NCBI GenBank assembly: GCA_965200155.1
Contig: CBDATR010000024.1
Span: 64,001 to 128,000 of the forward strand
Source of the DNA: Nitrosopumilaceae archaeon
GTDB lineage: Archaea > Thermoproteota > Nitrososphaeria > Nitrososphaerales > Nitrosopumilaceae
Direction: 5' to 3'
DNA: 64,000 nt
Shown here one piece after another: positions 10,893-21,310 of this stretch (position 1 is the first letter of the stretch; the number at the start of each line of letters is the position of its first letter). The notes beneath the pieces were generated by a model. That model was not told where the DNA came from. It ran no database searches and worked only from the letters and a program-made list of their open reading frames with translations. The translations under genes were made by a program, and so were the position numbers.

Positions 10893-11170
10893 GGTTCCAC
10901 TATGTTTGCCCATGCCAGGCCTTGGCCGTATCTTATGGTTACTACATCGCCAGCTGACGCATTACAGTCGCTGATCTGCTTTGGTATGTTATCGGCAGTA
11001 TCTGCTGCACAAACGCCATCCTCGTTATACAGTATGGTAACTTCCTCATAGATATCCTCTCGAATTAAATTCCAGAACGGAAATACCGCCGTCGCGAGCA
11101 CAATCCCTGCCAAGGCGATTATCCCACCAAATATCAGACCATATTTTCGACCAAAAGACATCTCGTCCAT
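10889..11170 (-). CDS. Small membrane-anchored hypothetical protein
   Basis: Single N-terminal TM helix, Cys pair; ATGA overlap with the HIT gene. Confidence 0.7.
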   Translation of the reverse strand: MDEMSFGRKYGLIFGGIIALAGIVLATAVFPFWNLIREDIYEEVTILYNEDGVCAADTADNIPKQISDCNASAGDVVTIRYGQGLAWANIVEP

Positions 11171-11177
11171 GTCATGA

Positions 11178-11336
11178 TCACCAAGTGCCCCCGCCGGGGT
11201 CGTTGGGGTTCATCTTCTTTTCCGGTACGTTGCCATGGGCTTTGACGCAGTGGCGCTTTAATCTCTCTGGCGTGTGCAGCTCTAGTCCGCATTCCTTGCA
11301 TCGTGTTTGTTCCTTCTTTTTACCAAAGAAACCCAT
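11178..11336 (-). CDS. 52-aa C2H2 zinc-finger protein (not in ORF track)
   Basis: MGFFGKKKEQTRCKECGLELHTPERLKRHCVKAHG...: C-x2-C-x12-H-x4-H. Confidence 0.8.
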   Translation of the reverse strand: MGFFGKKKEQTRCKECGLELHTPERLKRHCVKAHGNVPEKKMNPNDPGGGTW

Positions 11337-11389
11337 GTTGTGTGTAAAACGGGTAATGTATTATAAAGGATACCGAGTTATGTGCCGTC

Positions 11390-12535
11390 ATGGACAAGGT
11401 ATCTGATGTCACTGTTCTTGGCTCTGGAGTCATGGGGCATGGAATAGCCCAGATAGCTGCGGCAGCGGGGTATGAGGTAATTCTTCGGGACATAAAGCAA
11501 GAGTTCCTGGACAAAGCCATGGAAAAGATACGCTGGAGTGTAGCCAAGATGGTCACAAAAAAGAGAATCACCGCCGAAGAGGAATCGGCAATCCTCTCCA
11601 GAATACGTCCCGTGGTTGACATTAATGAGGCTGTGGAGAAGGCGAATTTGGTTATAGAGGTAGTGCCGGAGAACATGGCCATCAAGCGTACCGTATACCA
11701 GGAGCTTGACAGTATGGCTGCCCCGGGCACAATATTTGCGTCCAATACGAGCACACTGCCCATAACGGAGATAGCTGACGTCACTGGCCGAAAGGATATG
11801 GTAATAGGTGTGCATTTCTTTAACCCACCCCAACTAATGAAACTGGTTGAGATAATACCGGGGTCTGTCACATCCCCGTCTACCACCGATTCCATGGTGC
11901 AGTTTGTAAAGAGTTTGGGCAAAACGCCGGTAATATGCCGCAAGGATGTACCGGGATTCATAATAAACAGACTGTTCATACCCATGGTACATGAAGCCCT
12001 CTACTCTATGGAGAGGCAAAAGTGCACAAAAGAGGAGATGGACTCTGTCATGCGCTTTGAGCTAGGCTTTCCCATGGGAATATTTGAGCTGGCTGATTTC
12101 ACTGGAATAGATGTGATACACAAGGCTAGTGAGGAGATGTACAGTCGGGACCAAAAGGTATTGTTACAGCACCACGAAGTGAGACGACTGTTTGAGGCGG
12201 GAAAATTGGGACAAAAGTCCGGTGAGGGATTTTACAAGTATGCGGATGAAAAGTATGAGCGGGTGCCCCTCTCCGAGGAACCGGCTAGCCGTTGTGACCC
12301 CGTTCAAATATTTGCCAACATACTGAATAACGCTGCATGGCTCATAACCAATAATGCCAGTGACAAAGATGAGATAGAAAAGGCTGCTATACTGGGGTTG
12401 GGCCTCAAAAAGCCGCTCTTTGAGACTGCAGAGCGAATAGGCATGGAAAAGATAGTGGCCGAGCTTGACTCGCTGGCAGCCACACACGGCCAGTTTTATG
12501 AACCGGATCCGCTCTTGCGAACTATGGTGAAATAA
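11390..12535 (+). CDS. 3-hydroxyacyl-CoA dehydrogenase (likely 3-hydroxybutyryl-CoA dehydrogenase of the 3HP/4HB cycle)
   Basis: GSGVMGHGIA, ASNTS, HFFNP, PGFIINR, PMG motifs. Confidence 0.9.
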   Translation: MDKVSDVTVLGSGVMGHGIAQIAAAAGYEVILRDIKQEFLDKAMEKIRWSVAKMVTKKRITAEEESAILSRIRPVVDINEAVEKANLVIEVVPENMAIKRTVYQELDSMAAPGTIFASNTSTLPITEIADVTGRKDMVIGVHFFNPPQLMKLVEIIPGSVTSPSTTDSMVQFVKSLGKTPVICRKDVPGFIINRLFIPMVHEALYSMERQKCTKEEMDSVMRFELGFPMGIFELADFTGIDVIHKASEEMYSRDQKVLLQHHEVRRLFEAGKLGQKSGEGFYKYADEKYERVPLSEEPASRCDPVQIFANILNNAAWLITNNASDKDEIEKAAILGLGLKKPLFETAERIGMEKIVAELDSLAATHGQFYEPDPLLRTMVK

Positions 12536-13028
12536 TCTCCAGTACTCTCTCTACGGCGGCCCGGGGAGAATCTGCACTCTCTATATTGATGCTTTGGCGG
12601 TGATCGAGGTACTGTCCTGCATATTTGTCCGCCATTCCGCCGGTACCCAGTATGGCTACCATGGGTTTTTCGTGCATGTATGCGGCGCACATCTCTGACA
12701 GTGTGCCTACCCCGCCTCCGATTATTATTATGCCTGCGGCGGCATAGACGTTCACAAAATTTCGCATAAACCCCAATCCGGTAGGTACGACCACCTCGGA
12801 GAAATTGTTAGCATGCGCCATGCCGTCCTGGGGTATTATGCCCAGTGTGGTTCCGCCTGACTCCTGCGCACCCCGGGCGGCAGCCTCCATGACGCCACCC
12901 ATCCCGCCGGTAACCAGTATGGCCCCCTTCTGGGCAACAAGTCTTCCGGTCTCATATGCGATGTCCTTGTGTGCCTGCGTGCACCCATTATCGTTGTGGC
13001 CTATAATCAGTATCTGACGTTTGACCAA
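12522..13028 (-). CDS. LOG/TIGR00725 family Rossmann-fold protein
   Basis: TGGMGGVMEAA, GGGVGTLSE. Confidence 0.88.
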   Translation of the reverse strand: MVKRQILIIGHNDNGCTQAHKDIAYETGRLVAQKGAILVTGGMGGVMEAAARGAQESGGTTLGIIPQDGMAHANNFSEVVVPTGLGFMRNFVNVYAAAGIIIIGGGVGTLSEMCAAYMHEKPMVAILGTGGMADKYAGQYLDHRQSINIESADSPRAAVERVLEIISP

Positions 13029-13609
13029 TAATGAGACCCCTGCCTGACCATGAATAATCTTTTCGGCGTATGGGATTCACATGTTTGCAAGACTAATGAC
13101 ATGAGTTTCATGACCACATGTTCAAATCATGCTGCCTGTCGCTGTGTATTGATTCCAGCACATTCATACCAAAAAACATGGTCATATATGTACAAAAATG
13201 GCGTCCTCTAGCGTTGTTTCAGGAGTTCCTCTACCGCTTGGCTAACATTTAGCATACCTCTGCTTTTGGCATATGCCACTAGCATTTCGTACTGGTTATT
13301 GGTGAGACAGAGAGGCATTGAATACTTTGACATACCATACGTTATGCATTCGTGTTAATATCTTTTCCGGAACCATACCGGGTAACAGTCTAAGTCATTC
13401 CGGGGAATCATATATGCATTTGAAGTGCTCTTCCATTCGTGGTCACAAGTTCAGAGACTAGCTTGAACACACCCCCAACGTTATGGTCCGTCAATGGCAC
13501 CATGCTCAGCGGTCTGCATCCCTTGGAGAAATCTTGACTGCCACTTTGGGCAACCACCCAATTCCCGCCTGACACAAGGAGTTAAATCTCCAGAGGCGTA
13601 TGTCTGAAT

Positions 13610-14020
13610 GTGCATCTGTTTGGTAGGAAGCCTGTACACTGTTCTGTATGTGGCGTTCTTCTGAAACACAAGAACAAGCCCAAGAGGGAGTGGGGCGTCA
13701 AGGGATACCTCTGTGGTGATTGTCACGTAACCAAATCAAAAGAGTTCTACGAAGCCAAGGTAGTGCAACCGTGCGTTACGTGTGGGGCCCGGCACAGAAT
13801 AGCTGACATGTGGGAACCCCGGTGGCAGTGGGATATGGACGGCCTGCTTTGTAAGAAATGCTTTGATGAAAAAGAAGACAGTCATACAAACAAAAAGTCA
13901 ACATGCGCGTCATGCGGGGGTCCACTCAAATTCATACGATACAACCCCAAACCCAAATGGAAGATGGATGGACAGCTCTGCCGCAAATGCTGGGATGATA
14001 CAAAGGCCAAGATGGGTTGA
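13610..14020 (+). CDS. Cys-rich hypothetical protein with three zinc-ribbon-like repeats
   Basis: Three CxxC...W-x2-[KD]G-x-LCxxC units. Confidence 0.75.
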   Translation: MHLFGRKPVHCSVCGVLLKHKNKPKREWGVKGYLCGDCHVTKSKEFYEAKVVQPCVTCGARHRIADMWEPRWQWDMDGLLCKKCFDEKEDSHTNKKSTCASCGGPLKFIRYNPKPKWKMDGQLCRKCWDDTKAKMG

Positions 14021-14182
14021 TTAAATGGCGCGTACAGTCTTTACAATCTTGGGGCGCATCTTTATGAATACCCGAAATCCGCATATGCACTTTATCTCCG
14101 GTAAGCGTACCAGCTCTTCATTGGATGTTATAGTTCCGCACTTTAAGCACGAATAAAATACTGAATTCTCGCTCTCCAACAT
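14021..14182 (-). CDS. rpo12: RNA polymerase subunit Rpo12 (P) (not in ORF track)
   Basis: 53 aa YSCLKCG...IKCICGFRVFIKMRP, directly downstream of rps10. Confidence 0.85.
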   Translation of the reverse strand: MLESENSVFYSCLKCGTITSNEELVRLPEIKCICGFRVFIKMRPKIVKTVRAI

Positions 14183-14190
14183 TTAATCAC

Positions 14191-14499
14191 CTATATTAGC
14201 AAAAGTTCGATGTAAACATCGTCCGGTATACGAAGTCTCATAAGCTGTCTGATGGTTTTGTCATCGGCATTTATGTCTATGACGCGCCTATGCATGCGCA
14301 TCTCCCATTTCTCATAGGTCTCAGTTCCGTTCCCGCACGGGGACTTGCGAGTAGCCACGTGTAGTCTTTTTACCGGAAGTGGAGTTGGCCCTTTAATGCG
14401 GACGCCAGTCTTGTGCCCTATGCCCATTATATCGGTACAAACACCATCCAATTTTGGTAAGCTAATACTTGTAAGCTTGACTCGAGCAGTCTGGGCCAT
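14191..14499 (-). CDS. rps10: 30S ribosomal protein S10 (uS10)
   Basis: GPTPLP, RKSPCGNG, EMRMHRRVIDI. Confidence 0.98.
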   Translation of the reverse strand: MAQTARVKLTSISLPKLDGVCTDIMGIGHKTGVRIKGPTPLPVKRLHVATRKSPCGNGTETYEKWEMRMHRRVIDINADDKTIRQLMRLRIPDDVYIELLLI

Positions 14500-14503
14500 T
14501 ATG

Positions 14504-15814
14504 TTACTTCTTTGAACTCGGGTTGTATTCTTCGACTATCTCTCTCACTACGCCCGCCGCAATGGTTGCTCCCATATCGCGCAGTGCAAACCTGCCCATT
14601 TCTGGGAACTCTTTGAAAGTTTCAAGTGGTGTTGGACGAGTTGGGCGTATCTTTACCATGGCTGAATCGCCAACCTTGAGGAACTTGGGGTTCTCCTCGT
14701 CGACGCCGCCGGTTGCGGGGTTTATCTTTTGCAAGAACTCGGTAATCGTAGCTGCGACCTGGGCTGTGTGGCAGTGCATTACCGGTGTGTAGCCTGGGGC
14801 GATTGCAGTGGGGTGGTGTATTACAATGATCTGGGCCTTAAACTCCCTGACCACTGTGGGTGGGTTTTCGACACCGCCCATTACATCCCCACGAGCAATG
14901 CTCTTTTTGTCTACTCCACGCAGATTAAATCCTATGTTGTCTCCAGCCTGGGCTGATGGCATGGGGGTGTGATGTGTTTCAATGGACTTGATCTCGCCTA
15001 CAGCACCTGATGGCATTACCATGATTTTATCACCAGGCTTCATAATACCTGTCTCTACACGGCCTACTGGAACAGTTCCTGCTCCGGTTATTGTATATAC
15101 ATCCTGAATTGGTACTCGTAGTGGCTTGTCTATAGGCTTGGATATCACCTTGAAGTCATCAAATGCCTGCAAGAGCGTCTTGCCCTTGTACCATGACATA
15201 TTTGATGAAGCCTTCACCAAGTTGTCGCCCTTCCATCCGGATACTGGTATGAATGGAACGTTGTCGACCTTGTAACCTACAGAGCGTACCAATTTCTGGC
15301 CTTTCTGCACTGCAGTCTTGAATCCTTCCTCTTTGTAATCTACTGCGTCCATCTTGTTTATGGCAACAATAAGCTGGCTCACGCCCAATGTCTTGAGCAG
15401 GAATGCATGCTCCCGTGCCTGACCGCCTGGCGCTATGGCCGTATCGGTTTCGCCTTCCTTGGCGGAGAGAACAAGGACCGCGCAGTCTGCTTCGGACGCG
15501 CCTGTAATCATATTTTTAATGAAATCACGGTGTCCCGGTGCATCAATCAGAGTAAAGAAGTACTTGTTCGTTTCAAATTTTTGGAACGCCAAATCTATGG
15601 TAATTCCTCTCTCCCTCTCGTCCTTTATGTTATCCATAACCCACGCGTACTTGAAAGTATCTCCCTTGCCTGTCTTCTCGGACTCTGCCGCGTGTGATGC
15701 AATTGTCCTTTCATCTACCACCCCCAAGTCCATGAGAAAGTGCCCCATTGTCGTGGACTTGCCGTTGTCTATGTGACCTGTTATTATCAGGTTCAGGTGG
15801 TCTTTTTCCGCCAT
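14504..15814 (-). CDS. tuf: Translation elongation factor 1-alpha
   Basis: GHIDNGKST, ERERGITID, DAPGHRDF, NKMD, GRFALRD. Confidence 0.99.
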   Translation of the reverse strand: MAEKDHLNLIITGHIDNGKSTTMGHFLMDLGVVDERTIASHAAESEKTGKGDTFKYAWVMDNIKDERERGITIDLAFQKFETNKYFFTLIDAPGHRDFIKNMITGASEADCAVLVLSAKEGETDTAIAPGGQAREHAFLLKTLGVSQLIVAINKMDAVDYKEEGFKTAVQKGQKLVRSVGYKVDNVPFIPVSGWKGDNLVKASSNMSWYKGKTLLQAFDDFKVISKPIDKPLRVPIQDVYTITGAGTVPVGRVETGIMKPGDKIMVMPSGAVGEIKSIETHHTPMPSAQAGDNIGFNLRGVDKKSIARGDVMGGVENPPTVVREFKAQIIVIHHPTAIAPGYTPVMHCHTAQVAATITEFLQKINPATGGVDEENPKFLKVGDSAMVKIRPTRPTPLETFKEFPEMGRFALRDMGATIAAGVVREIVEEYNPSSKK

Positions 15815-16106
15815 ATCAATTGCCACCTTAATTCAGCTTATAAACCTTACAATTTGCGATCGTGATTTCAGCTTGTGGAAGAAATGTAGAATTTATCTGG
15901 AATAAACTACTTTATGGTTGTATTTTTAATACAAATCACTCTTTTTACAGTTAATTTTTGTATTGAACAGAACTTTTGTTTTCATGATCTCTGATAATAA
16001 TTAACATTTTATGAAAGAAGTATTACACAAATTATTCCAAGACAGAAATAATACTGCATTATTTAATGAGGAAGAAATATACCAACGTATATCACTGAGG
16101 TGACGT

Positions 16107-16646
16107 ATGTCAAAAAACTATTGGCATGATCTAGATACTGGCAGCGACATGCCAGAGATAATCAACGTAGTGGTGGAGATTCCCAAAGGATCCATGAACA
16201 AGTACGAGTATGACAAAAAACATAATATGATGAGGCTGGATAGGGTACTATTCTCGCCCTTCCACTATCCTGGCGACTATGGTATAGTGCCACAGACACT
16301 ATCCGAAGATGGGGATCCCCTGGATGCGCTGGTATTGGTTACGAACCCAACATTTCCGGGTATACTAATAGAGGCACGTCCTATCGGACTACTACAGATG
16401 CTGGATGATGGTTTACTTGATGATAAAGTAGTGTGCGTGGCAACGCATGATCCACGGTACCTTCACACCACTGATATCACCAGTATGGAGGATCACTACA
16501 GATCAGAGATTGCGCATTTCTTTCAAGTATACAAGGACCTAGAAGGCAAGAAGGTGGTGATAGAGGGTTGGCAGTCTGCACAAGAGGCCAAAGAAGTGAT
16601 AGTGAGCTCCAGAAAGCGCTACATGAATACCTTGGGAAAAGTATGA
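16107..16646 (+). CDS. ppa: Inorganic pyrophosphatase (family I)
   Basis: EIPKGS, KYE, DGDPLD, DDK, FFQVYKDLE. Confidence 0.96.
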   Translation: MSKNYWHDLDTGSDMPEIINVVVEIPKGSMNKYEYDKKHNMMRLDRVLFSPFHYPGDYGIVPQTLSEDGDPLDALVLVTNPTFPGILIEARPIGLLQMLDDGLLDDKVVCVATHDPRYLHTTDITSMEDHYRSEIAHFFQVYKDLEGKKVVIEGWQSAQEAKEVIVSSRKRYMNTLGKV

Positions 16647-16773
16647 TATCACCGGCGACTTAATTCACACACTACCAATTTCAACTATTAGCGTACCGCG
16701 GGGTTGGCAAATACGTGAATTTATACCGGAAAAGTGTTACCCACATATAGGGATCTTCATTACAACATGAATT

Positions 16774-18522
16774 GTGTATACACAGGGGGAATGGAGACTA
16801 GGGGACATACTTGGCGAGGAAAGCTCCGGCGATATAGTGGACAAGCTCAAGCAGTCCTCTACATCTTTTGCAGAACTGAAAAGCACTCTAAGTCCGGATA
16901 TGTCACATGATCAGTTTTTGCACGTATTGAAATGCAAGGAGGAGATAGGCCGCGATGTATCCCGGGTAACAGGACATGTATCCCTCCAGTACGCTGAGAA
17001 TACACAATCCGAGGAGATTGCAGCTATGCGGACCAGCATGAATCAGCTGAGCACGGAGATTGCCAATCGTGCGCTATACTTTGATTTATGGTGGAAGGAT
17101 GCAGTGGATGATGCCAACGCCATGCGTCTGGCGGATTCTGCCGGAGATCTAAAAGAGTATCTTGTACACATGAGACGGCTGGCTAAACATGCGTTAAGTG
17201 AGGCCGAGGAAAAAATAATCAACACACTGGATGTGACAGGCGCCTTTGCCCTGATAAAGCTGTATGACACTATAACGAATGCCTACACCTATGCCATGAA
17301 AGTTGACGGAAAAGACAAAGTCCTGAATCGGGAGGAGCTAACCACGTATGTCCGCAGTCCTGTGGCTGAGTATCGTGAAATGGCGTACAATCTCCTGCTG
17401 AAGAAGTACAGAAACAGCCGTAACGTGCTCGGTGACATATATCATAATGTAGTCCTGAATCATAACAACGAGTTTGTCAAAATGAGGGGGTATGACTCAC
17501 CCATCTCTGTAATGAACGCGGCTAGCAACATAGACGATACTACCGTAAATGCATTACTTTCCGTGTGTAGGGAGGAGGCTACAACATTTCAGCAGTACTT
17601 TGGAAAGAAGGCGTCCCTGCTGGGCATGGATAAACTACGGCGGTATGATTTGTATGCGCCCTTGGAGCAATCCCAGCGCAAATACGAATATGACGTGGCC
17701 GTGCGTCTTGTATTAAACGCGCTGTCCGAGTTTAGCGATGAACTTGGCGGGTATGCAAGAAGGGTATTTGAAGAGGGGCATGTACATTCCACCTTGCAGC
17801 CGGGCAAGATCAGCGGGGCGTTTTGTAGCACCATATCTCCTGATATAACACCCTATGTACTTGTAAATTATACCGGTGAATCCCGGGATGTGTTCACACT
17901 TGCACACGAGTTAGGTCATGCAGTACATAGTGTGGCTGCCGGTACCAAATCCATACTGGTACAGCATGCGCCCCTGCCCTTGGCTGAGACCGCGTCCACT
18001 TTTTCAGAGATGCTCCTGTATGATTTCATGTCCACAGACATGGATGCCGCAGAAGAATCGGCGGTTTTGTCATCTAAGCTGGACGATCTGTATGCAACTA
18101 TCTCTAGGCAGGCATTTTTCACCATGTTTGAGATACAGGCGCATGATCTGCTCTCTGAGGGTGCCACGCCAGGACGCGTATCTGATGCATATCTGGAGAC
18201 ACTACAGGAGCAATTTGGGGATTCTATAAGCCTGTCCGAGGACTTTAAATCCGAATGGCTGGCCATACCTCATTTTTATCACTCTCCGTTCTACTGCTAT
18301 TCCTACTCCTTTGGGAACTTGTTGGCTGCCTCGTTATTCCAGCGATACAAGAAGGAAGGCGCCGGTCTTGCCAAGACATACGTAAGTATACTGGCCGCGG
18401 GCGGTTCACAAAAGCCTGAAAAATTGATGGAAGCCTGCGGTTTTGATATCGGCTCTTCTAATTTTTGGCGAGAGGGATTTGCATATGTTCGCTCACTGGT
18501 GGGGCGCCTCGAATCCCTGTGA
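16774..18522 (+). CDS. M3 family oligoendopeptidase F
   Basis: TLAHELGHAVH, AETAS, IPHFY. Confidence 0.93.
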   Translation: MYTQGEWRLGDILGEESSGDIVDKLKQSSTSFAELKSTLSPDMSHDQFLHVLKCKEEIGRDVSRVTGHVSLQYAENTQSEEIAAMRTSMNQLSTEIANRALYFDLWWKDAVDDANAMRLADSAGDLKEYLVHMRRLAKHALSEAEEKIINTLDVTGAFALIKLYDTITNAYTYAMKVDGKDKVLNREELTTYVRSPVAEYREMAYNLLLKKYRNSRNVLGDIYHNVVLNHNNEFVKMRGYDSPISVMNAASNIDDTTVNALLSVCREEATTFQQYFGKKASLLGMDKLRRYDLYAPLEQSQRKYEYDVAVRLVLNALSEFSDELGGYARRVFEEGHVHSTLQPGKISGAFCSTISPDITPYVLVNYTGESRDVFTLAHELGHAVHSVAAGTKSILVQHAPLPLAETASTFSEMLLYDFMSTDMDAAEESAVLSSKLDDLYATISRQAFFTMFEIQAHDLLSEGATPGRVSDAYLETLQEQFGDSISLSEDFKSEWLAIPHFYHSPFYCYSYSFGNLLAASLFQRYKKEGAGLAKTYVSILAAGGSQKPEKLMEACGFDIGSSNFWREGFAYVRSLVGRLESL

Positions 18523-18705
18523 TTACAACAAGATATTGTAATGCTGATTTCACCATAAAATTCATGACAAAGTTGACTGATTTTATTTAGATAAATGGGG
18601 CTGGCAACCACGCACTAGTTGCCAGCTTGTTCCCCGATCGGTTTGAATCGATGTCAAGATTTGTATCAAATTGCGCGTATTTATTTTTTTATCCGGTACA
18701 AATTG

Positions 18706-18843
18706 GTAACCGTTTAGGTCGCGTTAAAGATCAACACCTAGGTAGTAAATTCATGGGCATATGTGGAGCAACATGATAGAAAAAGCAAGAATGGACATAT
18801 GTGGTGTTTTGAACAGTTGCCCAGGGGTGATCTAAACGGTTAC
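18706..18843. mobile_element. Second MITE family (138 bp), TIR GTAACCGTTTAG
   Basis: Ends GTAACCGTTTAGGTC / GATCTAAACGGTTAC; flanking direct repeat TACAAATTG. Confidence 0.8.
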
Positions 18844-19069
18844 TACAAATTGTGACCATTCAGGTTACCACCGGCATGGCTCTGATCAACTAGGTGGCCA
18901 GAACCTAGGCTAACGTGTTCTAAAACCAAACAGTATGTAGTGGCCCCCGCAAACTCGTACCCAAACTTTTATGACATAAACTGTTATTGCACAAATTCAC
19001 TCATGACTGCAAGACCATTTTGTATGATTGATCTAGAGTCGTTCTTCCCAAAGTGCGCATTATGCATAT

Positions 19070-20815
19070 TTATTTGACTTTCTTTTGCTCCCGGTACAGT
19101 TTTACTATCTGTATTACGTTGGTGGCATCCTGGGGCATCTTGTCGTGACGTATGCGACCGGTAAATTTGGGAAAGCGTAATGCCAACCCTGCACCCTGGT
19201 GAATCACATCCATGGCCGTGGTATGCACCGGACTTATTGTTATCTCTGACGCAGTAACCTCTATGATCACGTCCGGAGCAAACCATACGTCTGCCTTCAT
19301 GCCGCTGTCTATCTGCGCATCGGGCTTTGGTATTATGTGAGCAGACAGAATTTGGTATAACATGTCCAGCATTTCATCGGTGAAACCGGTTCCCACTTTA
19401 CATATGCTTGTGAATATGTCCTGCTCCTCGTCATATGCGGCCAGCAGCAATGTGCCATATATGCCTGTACGCCTGCCCCGGCCGTGAAATGCCCCTATAA
19501 CAACCAAGTCCAGACTCTCCCCGGCCCCGTCCTTATACTCTCGTTTCAGCTTTAGCCACAGACTACCCCTGGATCCCGCTCTATACGGACTATCCGGTAA
19601 CTTGAGCATTAGTCCCTCGCCACCGGCGTTTATGCTGTTCTCCATGCAGTCCATCAACTGGCCCTCGTTTACTATGCGCGTCATGGGTACTAGCCTTGCC
19701 ATCCCTTTTACGATAATATTGTCCTGTAACCATTGGCGTCTGCGGGTATAGGGTGCATCCAGGTATGATGTTCCATCTGCGTATAATATGTCAAAAAAGT
19801 TTATCACTACCGGATAGTCCAGGACCGCCTGCTCTATGCTATGCTTTCGTCGGCGATGCATGAGTTCCTGGAAGGGGAGAAAATCTCCGGTGTCCCGATT
19901 TATTGCCACTGCCTCGGCCTCAAGTATGGCCTCCTTGGCCCGTACTTGGGTTGGTATATTCTCCGCTATGTCCGGGTACTGTCCTGTGATTCGCTCAAGA
20001 CGCCTGGAAAATACCTCTATCTTTTCGCCCATGTGTATTTGTACCCGTTCGCCATCAAGCTTGTACTCTGCAGCGAAATTCTGGGACATCTTTTCCAGGG
20101 CATCCGTTTCGTTGCGTACACGCTCAGCCAGCATGGGGCGAACCGGGCTATACATTTGAATACCAAAAGTCTCAATATTGTTTAATCCGTCTTTCGCGGC
20201 AGTCGCGGCCACTCTTCCCAAATCACTGCATACGTTGTATGCTTCCTCCAGCTTGGTCCTGTTGGATCTCTGGCCAGTGTACGCCTCTGCCAAGGCGTCT
20301 AGTATGGTATTCTCGGCTACGCCCAACCGTAGCGTTCCTAGCAGTATCTTTAGTATGAATTTGGATTCCAGGGGCGTTGCATCGTTGAGCATGCTGGATA
20401 TGTGCTTTATCTTTATGTCTTGGGAGCGGGACCCCTCTATGTGTGCCAGTTTGTATATTGTGTCATATACACGGCTTACACTTATCTCTTGGGTCAGGAA
20501 TGTAGTCTGGGTCTTTGTACTAAGTATGGATGATGCTACGGCGCCCAAGTCCCCCTGCTCCGCATACGCGCCCTCTATACTCTTTAGCGTCGCGCCTGAT
20601 GATTTTGCTATGGCGCGCATGACCATCTTGTCCGCCACTCTTGGCTCTATACCCTCGTAGTCCGGTCTCACCTTGCCCTGCAACAGGTACGTGGTCTGCC
20701 CTACCAGTTCTATTGGTGTCTGCTGGAATAACTCTACCAGATATGCGGTAAGATCCAATCTCTTGGTAGTATGCTCCATCTTCTCCAGATATCCTGCCAG
20801 TACGGAGAATTGCAT
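19070..20815 (-). CDS. lig: ATP-dependent DNA ligase
   Basis: EYKLDGER, EGLMLK, WLKLK, LRFP; start set at MQFS. Confidence 0.97.
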   Translation of the reverse strand: MQFSVLAGYLEKMEHTTKRLDLTAYLVELFQQTPIELVGQTTYLLQGKVRPDYEGIEPRVADKMVMRAIAKSSGATLKSIEGAYAEQGDLGAVASSILSTKTQTTFLTQEISVSRVYDTIYKLAHIEGSRSQDIKIKHISSMLNDATPLESKFILKILLGTLRLGVAENTILDALAEAYTGQRSNRTKLEEAYNVCSDLGRVAATAAKDGLNNIETFGIQMYSPVRPMLAERVRNETDALEKMSQNFAAEYKLDGERVQIHMGEKIEVFSRRLERITGQYPDIAENIPTQVRAKEAILEAEAVAINRDTGDFLPFQELMHRRRKHSIEQAVLDYPVVINFFDILYADGTSYLDAPYTRRRQWLQDNIIVKGMARLVPMTRIVNEGQLMDCMENSINAGGEGLMLKLPDSPYRAGSRGSLWLKLKREYKDGAGESLDLVVIGAFHGRGRRTGIYGTLLLAAYDEEQDIFTSICKVGTGFTDEMLDMLYQILSAHIIPKPDAQIDSGMKADVWFAPDVIIEVTASEITISPVHTTAMDVIHQGAGLALRFPKFTGRIRHDKMPQDATNVIQIVKLYREQKKVK

Positions 20816-20832
20816 AATCTGGTGTATAATAT

Positions 20833-21309
20833 TCAGATATAACGATATATGGTGGGCTTGTCGTCTTTTGCGTCTGAGACCAATGCAAAGTTGTGTAGTG
20901 GGTACCTCTCTTTGTGTTGTTTCATGTAGCTCCATGCCACATCATGATTCCTGAAACTCGTTCGCAGTCCATCTATGGTTGTCACCTGTCCGTATACATC
21001 GAATATTACTATCCTATAAGATCGCGGTCTGTATCTGGGCTTTGCGCGTAACAGCCACGCCATAGCAAATACAAAGACCGCACCAAGTATCACACTGCTA
21101 ATGGCAACCTTGAGAAAGCTCTGAAATACGCCGGGGACCGTATTCCCAAATACCATGAGTAATACGTTTGGGATTGTACTACCAAATATTACCAGAACCA
21201 CATTGGCAAAGGCTACTGTAGCTACCGCGGTTATCATGTACCCTTTCCATGACCATATGTGGGAAACAGTAGACAAAATGTTGCTCAATAACACATTACG
21301 GTGACTCAT
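20833..21309 (-). CDS. Hypothetical membrane protein
   Basis: Two TM segments plus soluble C-terminus; tight spacing to fbp and lig. Confidence 0.7.
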   Translation of the reverse strand: MSHRNVLLSNILSTVSHIWSWKGYMITAVATVAFANVVLVIFGSTIPNVLLMVFGNTVPGVFQSFLKVAISSVILGAVFVFAMAWLLRAKPRYRPRSYRIVIFDVYGQVTTIDGLRTSFRNHDVAWSYMKQHKERYPLHNFALVSDAKDDKPTIYRYI

Positions 21310-21310
21310 G

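Noticed and set aside
13029-13609. Gene or ncRNA in a long intergenic gap
   Set aside because: No credible ORF, repeat or recognisable RNA structure by eye.
15840-16100. Replication origin
   Set aside because: No convincing ORB repeats and no cdc6/orc1 gene nearby.
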